From the NCBI GenBank assembly GCA_964036045.1, contig OZ038378.1:37262001-37326000 (forward strand): a DNA stretch of 64,000 nt. The letters run 5' to 3'. The first letter of the stretch is position 1, and every line of letters starts with the position of its first letter. The notes under the pieces were generated by a model. The model worked only from the letters and a program-made list of their open reading frames with translations, did no database searches and was not told the DNA's origin. Below, in pieces: positions 50,621 to 61,148 of this stretch. Position numbers and translations under genes: made by a program. Origin of the DNA: Eutreptiella sp. 'Long Island Sound 2002' (taxonomy: Eukaryota > Protista > Euglenida).

Positions 50621-52559
50621 CTGTGCCACCGTCCCTATATGATCACCTTCACCCTCATGCGGGGAACCCTCACCGCCAACCACATTATTTCCATGTTTCT
50701 TGGTTGGTCACCCCTAACCTCCCTGTTGACGATTTTACAGGAAAGTACTTTGAACTCAACTGCGTGTTTGCAAGGGTGTTGTTGAATCGCTGTCTTAAAG
50801 TAGGAATTTGAAGAATTGCACCATCATGCATGACACCCGAATTGTCACCATTTCCCCCTCACCCCAGCTCCCTTTGCGCAACAACCGCCTTGCACAACGA
50901 CCACCCCTGGTCAAACAGGGTTTCTTCTGACACTATTTCTGAAACCACATTGTTATCCATGACCACCCCCTGGTCAAAGGCGCTCCTTTTACCTCTGAAT
51001 ACTGTCTAGCGACCACATGGTGGTCAAACAGTGAAACATACTGGTCGTTGCGCAAGGGAGAGGGGGGGTCCCAAAGCACGCCCGGAAGGTTTGCCGCCTC
51101 TGGTGGAGACTTTTTTGTCGTTGCAATCCTGTGGCTGTAGTCAAGTCATTGCATGCAAGAGGATGTGGTGTGAACAATTTTTTTTGTGTGGTGTTGTGAG
51201 CAACCCTTGACAAGTGGGTGTTGGAGGATGCGGTGAATGGTAACGAACACAGAACACAAGCAGCACTTTATGATTCAAAGTTGCAAAATGAAACCTGAAA
51301 TCAGCAAATATCGGTGAATTTGCTGACTGCAGCAGAGGAAATGGTGTCAGCACTGAGTGCTTAGCATCCTGCATGTCTTGTGCGTAATGCACTTAGTGTG
51401 GTTTGAATAGAATGTTGCTTGTGCATCGTGCATCTTTTCCCCCACATCTCAAGTGCTACGATGGAACTGTTAAGGACTGTTAGCTGCTGCACCCTGTCAA
51501 CTGCAAACCGCTGCCGGTCATCCCCCAATTGCCGGCAGTCGGGGGCCACCTGGCTGCTGTCGGTCAGTGGCCTGCCCAGTCCTACACTTTCTGCCAAAGC
51601 ATGGGAGATGTTTTTTTTCCCTTGCTAAGGACAGCCTGAAAGGAATATTATTGGGGTTGGTCACTGGAATGAGTGCAGATTTTGGGGTTGGGGGTGGGGA
51701 GCAGTTCGAAGGAGATGCAAGGTCTCCATGCACATTTTCTTTCGTGGCATGGCAGTTGCCTGCTGCATGCAACTGCTTGCCAGGGAAACGCTGATTGCCC
51801 CCGTCAGTGACCTACCGCAGGGTCACGGAAGCATTCATCCCGCATATTCTGGGTTGCCTGTCCAGCACTTGTCTGTACAACACTTTTCGGTGCCTCAACA
51901 CTGGGGTCGTGAGGCACTGTGTACACAATGCGAAGACAGCAAAGAAGGAAAACAGGATGCAAGGAACTATTGCACTGCACTGCTTTGGATAACGTACTTT
52001 CAAGTCTGCAACATGCATTTGAGACAGCCCTCGATCCGACTGTGTTTTGGAACCTTGGCACCACGATCTATTTCTGATGTGGCAGCGTTTTGTAAAAAAA
52101 TCTCAACAGGAACTGCCATCTCGGCCCTGACCTAATTTTCCAATGTTGCATGTCTTTTTCCCCATTCTAATGTGCCAAAGAAGCAACGCATTGCTGTTTT
52201 TGCTGTTTTTCTGTGTGTGTGTGTGTGTGTCTGTCTGTCTTGTCCAGACACAACAGCCATTTTGGCCTGCTCCTTTGGTGTCCAGGTCATCAACACGTGA
52301 GCCGACACACAGGACAATGTACAATTTCAGTCGCTTTGCACACCCGCAGCCCTTGTACCCCCCCCCCCCCCTTGTCGTTCCCCACCCCTTGTCGTTCCCC
52401 GGGGGGGGGGGGGGGCGTCACTTGGTCAACCCAAAATTTTTTGTTGCGGCTCATTGTGTCGTTGTGTGGGTGACTGTGTTGTGGGGCACTGCCACTTGTA
52501 TCCCTTGCACTCATGGCAGGACATTTTGCTCACTTTCGGAACTTGACAACACAACCATA

Positions 52560-52730
52560 ACCATGTTTCCCCCTGGGACAAATGTGATGTTCATCCGCTC
52601 CACAGAGGAACCTGTTTTGGTGCAGGTCGTTGGACATTCAGAGCACGGTGATGCATATCCCGCATCACTTATGACTGTGATGGCAAGACCGTCGTGCACG
52701 ACCGTGCGTCTGTTCGGCGCCTCTCCGTGC
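52560..52730 (+). other. Small SH3/Tudor-like coding module, copy 2 (one frameshift)
   Basis: MFPPGTNVMFIRSTEEPVLVQVVGHSEHGDAY/RITYDCDGKTVVHD. Confidence 0.3.
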
Positions 52731-54559
52731 TGCAGTTTCTGTGCCTGCAAATGTGCGTGTACGGTGGTGGTGCGGTCCCCCAGGGGGGGATGGGGGACCG
52801 TCACTTGGCAACCGTCCCCCAGGGGGTGGTGGGGGACCGTCTTCCCTGGGAACGACAATGGGGGGGGGGGTACTATTGCACCCCATCCTGTGTAATTTGC
52901 CCCTCTTCAGAATGGACATTCCAACCCCCCCCCCTCCCCCTCTGCGGGGGTCGACACGCATGGTTATCCAGCCTGACACTCAAGTGCCGCATGTTTTTTG
53001 TCATTGTCATCTGTTTGCTGCTTTTGTTGAACTTACATTTTCAACAGACGCAGTATTGTATTTCCATGGCATTTTGACAAGATTGGCATTGGATTTGTAT
53101 CAGATTTGCATAGCAGTTGCATTAGATCAGCATTGAATTTATTGTGTTGTTGGGTTTGTTGAGGATGTGCAAAGAATCCCAGGTTGTCTGTATAGCTTTT
53201 TTTCAGCTTGAGATAGCAGATGTATTTGCACATTTCAAATTCAAGAGTCCTTCCTCCCTTCCAAATGTGGCCAACAAAATGTCTCTTTGCATTAGTTTGA
53301 GATTGTGTGCATTCATGCTTCTCATGCATTCTCAATTGGACTGGGCATCGTGCAGTTGTGCCCTCCATGTTACCCATCTCTCACAATAAGGTGTTTTTGA
53401 AGATGTTTATCCATCGGGGGAAAGATTTTCTGCAAGAAGTTACTTCATGTTCTTGCATGTTGCAGCACAAGCCATGGATATTGCATGCAAAGCTGTGAAG
53501 AATTTGGATGTGAGAGCAAGACATCAACAAGATCCACAATAATAGGGTGCATAAATGGGCTTCTTAATGTTTGTGCCTTGCGTTTGGGACCTACTCACAA
53601 ATTTGGACTCTAAAAGAAACGAAAGCAAACCACAGGCAATTTTTGAAAGTTATTGAAAATTTTTGAAAATTGTGTTTGCTTTGCTTTCGTTTATTTTGGC
53701 ATCAAGAACAGCGACTCCGGTGCCGCTTGCAGCGCATCAGCCCCTGGATGTAGATGTGTACACCTGTGCGCACAGTGCTTGATTTCTAGAAAAGAGGTCT
53801 GTAAATGCATCGCAATTCCTGATTTGTACCAGTGTGGCTGCGAGATACATGACCGGAGTTGATTTGTTGGTGTTGTCCCTCTATGCTTATGGCTCTGTGA
53901 TATGGGCCTCTTTCTGGGGCTATTTCTTTGGGCATTTGGAAGGGGAGCAATGTAGAGTATGTTTCAGAGAAGGAATGTTTCAAATGTGCTGCAAAGTGCA
54001 CGTGCAGTGTTAGAACGCCCCCGAAGGTGAAACGCTTTGAACACTTGTTGTGCGTATTTCACCACATTGGGCCATGGGGTGCCAGGCGGTGGGTGTGTCC
54101 CAAGGGATTGGTGTAAGGTAAACGGACCAATAACTAGGCCGATAATGTGCAAATGTAAGAGATGGATGCAATTAATGCTGACAAGCAAAGAATTGGTAGA
54201 TTAGTTGTTGAAATATGAAAGTTTAGAACTGTAAATCCAATTTATGAAAAATCCACATGCTGCAGAAGAATCCGCGTTGAAATCCCGCATCGCAGATTAC
54301 CGCGTCAGACTAAATCCTGAGCCATGCTTCATTGCAGAAAAGGTTTGTGAATACTGCATGATATTGAAAAAAATTTTGACAGAATTGTTATTTGCAAATT
54401 TGGCTACCAATTTATGTATCAGAATGCGTGGCGCAAAAGGAAGGTGCAAATCATGGTCGACGGAGGTTTTGAGCACTGCGCCAAAGGCCAAGCCGAGTAC
54501 AGCCACAGCACCCACAACCCCAAGACCCCCCTCCTGCCCAGTAACTGTCTATCCTTTGC

Positions 54560-56244
54560 CAAAAATGTGTCGCCGTTGGAGCAAGCCGTCGCCGAGAGCT
54601 TGTCTCAACAGAAGACTCAGCGTGCAGCCGCAAGAGATCATGGTGTAAACGGAGTGACCCTCGGAGAGGCATGCAAGCGTGTTCTGTATGTTGCCACGAA
54701 CGCTCGTCGGTTGGAACTCGTTAGGTGTCACTCGCAGTACCACGGAAGCTTCACGAACGCGACGCAAGACGCTTCAGCGACACGACAAGTCCAAGGAACC
54801 CCCCTGTGGTTGGTCTTATTCTTGTTCTAGGAGAGGTGAACCCATCGTCATCAAAAGATGAGTGAAGCCAAGGATCAATGAAGCAGAACTGATGGGTTGG
54901 CTCGACGAACAATGCGACAAGGCAATGAGTCCAAAAAGAAACGAAATCCTCAAGAGAGCGAACGAGATCGCAGCGCCAATGCTGAAGGGAGAGGCAGCAA
55001 CAATCACCAGTTGTCTCATGTGGTGGAGATTGTTCAAGAAACGCAACCTGGCGCTGAAGGAGAGAGCAGCCCAGCTGTGCGAGAGTCAGCGTGCTGATGC
55101 GAAGTTGACAACAGAGGAGTGGACTGGTTGTTTTAATGCTAAATCGCACCCGACCCTGTTACGAGTGAACATGAAAGCACAACACGTGTACAACCAAGAT
55201 GAGAGTGGTGATTTTAGGAGTTTTTTTGTCAAGATTCGGAAGGTCTTGGCGCGCAAGGGCAGGAGGTGGGTCGCAAGGAGGCGTGGGTACGATCGTACCC
55301 ACATAACAGCAATGGTATGCGTGTCAGCAGCAGGAAAAACAGTAACACCGGCCCTGTTGTGGACAGGAAAAAAGGTGCTTGGACGACTTTTTTCAAAACA
55401 GGCGTGCCATGTGTTCATGAAAGCTACGCAAGGTGACAGCAAAAAGAACAACCAAAAAGCAACCTCCAGCAGTGAGAGTAACGCTCAAGACAGCAAGCAG
55501 AGTCAGAACGGGCCAAAGGAGGCTGGTCTTATGCTGCCAGCTTCATGGAGTGGGTGAGAGAAGTGTTCATATCAGAGGCGCACCCAAAACAGAATGAGTA
55601 TGGCTGTGTAGTATTGGTCGTAGACGGCTCAAAAACCCAGATCACCGTGTCAAATATAACTGAATGCAAAGAACTTGGAGTGGAAGTTGTAGTCCTGCCA
55701 GCCCATTTAACTGATGTCATACAGCCACTGGAACGAACAGTTTTCAAAGCCCTGAAACGAGCTTTCACGCTTTTGGAGAGGGAGCCAAAGAGGGAGTGCA
55801 AAGGCAATTCAGCCAATCCTGCCTCATTTGTTGAGTTGTGGACAAAAGCCTTTGTAGAAGCAGTGACACCCCAAAATATACTGCGTGGTTTCAAGTCCTG
55901 TGGCCTCAGCCCTTTGGATCCAGCATATTTTTTTCAGCACCTGCCCCCTGCCCGGTTGAAACCCCCTTGTGGAGTGCCCTGCCAATCCTGTAAGCCTTGC
56001 CAGTTCTCAGACCTCTAGAAGTCCTACCAGTTCTGTCAACGGGTGCAGCAGCCCCATCAGCAGTAGTAGGAGCACCAAAAGTGATGCTTGGGTGCAGTGC
56101 ACAGCGAAAAAGATCAATCAGGCCACCAAGAATGATCCATGGAACCTGCGTGGGTTTGTGACTTCCGAGAGCTTCAAGGAAGCTGCCAGTCAAGCAAAGG
56201 AACCAAAACCAAAACCAAAGGCCGCATACCAAAGGAAACTTTGA
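54560..56244 (+). pseudogene. pogo/Tc5/CENP-B-like (DDE_1) transposase, degenerate
   Basis: psq-type HTH (LEQAVAESL..TQRAAARDHGV), Tc5 HTH (ELMGWL..EILKRA..WWRLFKKRN), VYNQDESG, VLVVDGSKTQ, LPAHLTDVIQPLERTVFKALK. Frameshift near 55540 and a TGA at 54859. Confidence 0.85.
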
Positions 56245-59200
56245 CACCGGATCACTCGAAATGAAGCGGTACCCAGAACCTATGGCCCATGGCCCGAAGG
56301 CCTGTGAGCCGTCACACCCGTGCGGAAGCCGTTGACACCGGCTGTCAGCGGGATATCCCTGTTCTCTACTCCGCGAAATCTGGAATCCGATTTCTAACCA
56401 TTAAATCAATGTAGAATTACCATAAATTTACTGTCTTGGTCGATTTTCAGTTAGAAATTGGTGAAATACCCGATTTCTACCGCGATTTCTAATTGTCGTG
56501 AAATCGCCGCCTGTTGTCGCCTGTTCGCGCGCTTTCGTCGCTTCTCCGTGGCGAGTTTTGTGAGGGATTTTTCTCGAGTACCTTTGAGGTTCTAAGAGAA
56601 CTTAAGGGCTGGATCTAGCGGATTTTTCCTGTACTTTCATCTGGTGTGTTCACCAGAATTTTTCGCCGTTGCGTCTGAGAGAAAATCAGCGCGCAAGCTT
56701 TTCCGTCGATTGCTCGAACTCATGGTTCTCAAGGACCATGAGTTCGGACGGAACCCTACATTCCCCCCCTATGCCTTTCATCCATGCCCCTTTCACATGG
56801 GCATATCACTTTGTATAGGGAAGCGGGCAATAGGGATGTTTTAGGCAGCCTATGGGTTTCGCAAACCCAAGTCGTTTGCGTGCGCAAACGCTAGCTTTGT
56901 GGCCTTGTGAGCATGAACGTGAATAACCGAACACAATGCTCACAAGACCGAAGGCCCTAGGCCATTTTCGTTCTTTGAGCCAACTCAACGATGGCTCCAC
57001 GCAATTGAATGCGTACCAAAACTCGTTTTTTGAGAAAGGGCAAATTTTGGTCGAAAATTAGGCCAAAATGGCCAAACCCTCGAGGCTCGTGCTCGAAGCC
57101 TATGGGGAGTTGAGCCTTGAACCAACGCAATATGTAAAGTAGAGACCACGAAGGACATCGTGGATGGCTTGGCTGACTTTTACAACCTTGTCTCCTATCT
57201 CATATAATGTCGCGTTGTGAGCACGCGTGCCATACTGCCTCTTTGCACACGCGCTCATATGCAAGCACTAATGACACGAGTGGGCGGAGACAATCTAACC
57301 ATAGTGGGCATATTTGAAGGCACCTACCATGGGCCTACTCCAATAATGTTTACTCATATGTTTGCTCCTCAAATTCCCAAAGATATGTTCATGCCAATAT
57401 CGCCGATATATGCACTTTTTCCCATAAATAGTGTGCTTCAAGGATTGAGGTGTTAAAAATGTTTCCATTATGCTTTGAACCTCAACCCTTGTTGCAAAAG
57501 GGAAGCAAAGCTTCGGTTTGCATCCATGCAAAAGCGCGAGGCTCCTTGCTTTTGTGATACGGAGATACGATTTTTCGAGTGACCACTTTTGGGTGAATTT
57601 TGGCCGTTTTGCCCAGAATGGCCACAAACCCCTTCTCCCCCTGATTTCACCCCCGAGGTTGCGTGCGCCACTTGACCAAGGGTAAGGGCGATTCGGAGAG
57701 GGCACATAAACCCGCATCAAATGGGGTGTTTCCCCATGTGGCCTCTCCTCTCGAAGGGAGAGTCGTGAGTCACCCAATTTGGGGTATGTTGCCATTCTGC
57801 CCCATTTGTGTGTCACTTTCCCTCCAATGGGGAAAAATTGCTAGAGGCGACCATGAAGGTTGGCAAGCGGCATATATTGGGACCTAAGTCCCATGTGTCT
57901 ATAGCATCTTTGGTTGGAAGTATCCTCGCCGTGGCAATGGAGATATGGAATCATGAGGGCGGGCCATTTTGGCCAAATTTCGCTGTTTTTGCCATTGTAT
58001 GCCATATTGGAACTACCATATCTCCATGGGGCACGGGATCTAGCCAGGATAAAAGAGCGAATATTGTAGCATATGACCAAGGGTTGAACGCCATTGAGTT
58101 TCCTATTTGCTCCTCTGGCTCATCCGGAGTTATTCAACTTTTGGTGCGATCCATGATCTCCCCCGTTGCACCGCATGCTGCTTTCTGTCCCATCCGCGTG
58201 TTCATCACCTCGATGAACAGCAAGCAGCCAGTGTGACAGCAAGCCATAACCCAGGGCATGGCGCCAAAGGGGATATCAAGGGTTGTGAATCAAGGCTTGG
58301 CGCGTCAATATCGCCAAGGTTTCCTACCCTGGACGGTCGACTGAGACGACCGATTTTGCCATTTTGGCAATTATGGACGCAATTTGGATTGTTACCACGC
58401 CAAGTGGCATGGAGATCTTTGAGAGCCAAGAGTATGGGAGTCTCTGTTGGATTCCCGGTGGATCGGGTGTGGAATGGCTGATCCGATCTCCAAGCCGGCG
58501 TGGAGATATACTATCAGGGGCACCTTCGATTTTGGCTCATTTTGAGCAGCCAAAATGACCCCCTTTTTCGGACCCCAATTTCAGCCCCCCGTGTGGTCAA
58601 TTGGCGGCCCCATATCTCTATGCCCATGGGGAGTCCGGACCTAATTTTACGTCGTGCAGTCAGATATAGGTCTCAGGTCCTGCGTCCTATCCTGTGAGTC
58701 ATTGGCCTCGCCCTGGCCGGGCGAGTCGCGCGTGGGAGTGACGCCAATTTTGGTGACTTTGGCATCATGACCCCACTTGACGAACCCGTGGTGCCCTGAT
58801 GCTGGGACCTCAGAGGGAACCAGGTTGGGTGAGGGCTCCAGGGAGCTTGTACTCGAAGGGCATAGGGTCAGTTGCCTCGTTCCTACTTCTGGCGGGTCCG
58901 GACAAGAGGTCAATTTTGGAGTTGTTCGAGCTATTGTCAGTTTGGGCTGAAACAGCCCATCTTCAGCTACCAACTCCTAGGGGATAATGGCGGGGCCTTA
59001 TCTCTGGCTCAGACAGAAGTTGGGATGTGCAGTCAAGGGAGCATGAGGAGCGAATGTCTGTTGGCTCTGGAGCCACTTGGTTCCCAGGAACTCGCCTGTG
59101 GCTGGACGGGACACCCTCCCCTATTGGCAGGGTTTCAGGGCCCGGACTGGGCAGGGCATGGGTTGTGTTTGAGCCCCCGCCCCTGCCAGCCACTGAGAGG

Positions 59201-59802
59201 GTCGGACCTGGGATTGGGATATCAGTTGGGACTGAGTGTCTATTGCCCTGTGATGCTCTTACCCGAGTCCGGTCCTCACCCCATGTGTACATATCCTGAT
59301 GTGTTGCTGTACATACTTTTGTCCCCTTGTTTCAGAGTGGCAAGGATCCTGAAACGCTTTGTCACATGACACGAGCATGAGGATGCCCTTGTGAGCGCAG
59401 TGCTTTGCCTGCCTGCTTGCTTGTGCGTGTCCGCCGCAGCGTCCCGTGGCCAGGCCCCCCACGGGAACGTGTCAAAAGCGTTTCACCGCCGCGGGGTTAC
59501 CCATCCCTCGCGTGCCACTCGGGGCCACCTGAACCCCCAGTACCACAGGCTTCGCAGCGCCGCCCGGAGCATCACCCCGAGCGTCAACGGAAGCGCCGAT
59601 TCGGTGAAGGAGGTGTGGTGACCGGAACTCCGACGTCAGCGAGTTCCTTCGGCCGACCAGTACTGTCCGCACTCCCAGTTGCATCACCCACCTCCACAAC
59701 CACCATCGGGCGTCTTGGTCCCAGCCCTGTGGACAGAGTGGACCACAGCAAACGCCTCAACAGCCCCCCCGAGGACTAGTCCATCGAGGGGAACGAGCGC
59801 CG

Positions 59803-60993
59803 ATGGTGAATTGGCAGGAGGTGGGCAAGATGTGGCCGTTGCCCCACCCCCATGCGGTGCGCCTACTGCGTGGGTTGGTGTGGGGGCAGCACTACCGCCA
59901 CAGCAACCCCCAGTGCGAAGGCGGCATGCCCGGGAGCTTTGAGCTGCGCGAGGATATGGGCGCCGACCGCCTGCAGGCAGTGGAAGACTGGCTGCGGGTG
60001 GAAGGATATGCCTACCGCTTCCGCCAGAAGCGCTGGAGGGTCTGGACCCGCCTGGACAGACCCGGCAAAGGGCTGCGCCCTGACGGGATTGAGGCGGACG
60101 AGAACCCCAACGAGTACCCGTCGGGCGCCACGATCAACGTCTCTATGTGGGACATGATCGAGGAGAAGTTCCCGGAACAGGGGAACGAGCGCACGCTGCA
60201 GGGCAGCAACAGCAGCGCGTCCCCGGGGAAGGAGAAGCAGTCCGCCGGGGACAAGAAGCGGGACAAGAAATGGCGGGAGTACCAGGAATCCCTGGCCCCC
60301 GAAGCCGCCCAAGCCGCCAAGGGCGGAACCCCAGCCCCCAGCCCCCAACGGGCCAGTGGCGGTCACCACCCCGGCCACACCACCCTTGGCGACTTCCTCG
60401 AAGTCGCCAAGAAGGCTAAGGCCAAGCCCCGTCCGCTGCACCTGAGGAAGTCAGGCCTCAGCAGCGACGTGGAGTCGGCCCACCGTTGGAGGATGCCGGA
60501 CGACCAGGCCAGCTCCAGCAGCAGCGTCGCTCCGGACCAAAGGGACGTGGCCCGCGCCTGCGAGCGCGCCTGTGGGGTGCCCTGCAACCTTCGGGTTGCC
60601 CGGCAACGGGCCACGCAGCAGAACGCTGCCGTGTAGGGCGCCGTCGGCATCGCCCAGGAGGAGGCCACAGATTGGGGCAGAGGCATGGCCTTCCACGCCT
60701 CGACCGTGGCGGCCATTGCGGCCGGACTCACGGCTGCAGCCGCCCAGGAGGCAGCGACTGCCCGGGTCAGGAGTGAGGTGGCGGCAACCGCCCAGGAAGC
60801 CCGCCTGGCCCAGGAGGCCATTGTCCGTAAGGAGGCCGAGGTGAAAGTGCTGGAAGAGGCGCTTGCCCAAGGGAGGCCAAAGAAGGAGGCGGAGGAAAGG
60901 GTCCACGCCGAAGCAACGGCCAAGGCCCAAGCGGACGCCGCCAGGAACTTAGCCCACGCAAACTGCACCCCCTTTTGGAAGAGAAGGACCTAA
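59803..60993 (+). pseudogene. GC-rich ~396-codon ORF with one internal TAG and a C-terminal coiled coil; possible retroelement ORF1
   Basis: ORFs 59803..60636 and 60685..60993 are in the same frame with only the TAG at 60634-60636 between them. No diagnostic motif. Confidence 0.35.
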
Positions 60994-61148
60994 AAAATGA
61001 CCGCCCAAATAACTATTTTTTTTGGACATTTGCAACACACATGGCCCAGATGCCACCGAAAAAATACAATTTTACCCAATTTGCTGCTTTTTTCCACTTT
61101 TTGCTTATCAAAATAAACTATTATTTTGTCTGATTTGAGGGGTGTGTT

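Noticed and set aside
56380-58760. Non-coding block rich in ttttggcc/ggccaaaa motifs as a discrete MITE
   Set aside because: Probably repetitive, but I could not identify paired termini or a unit structure.
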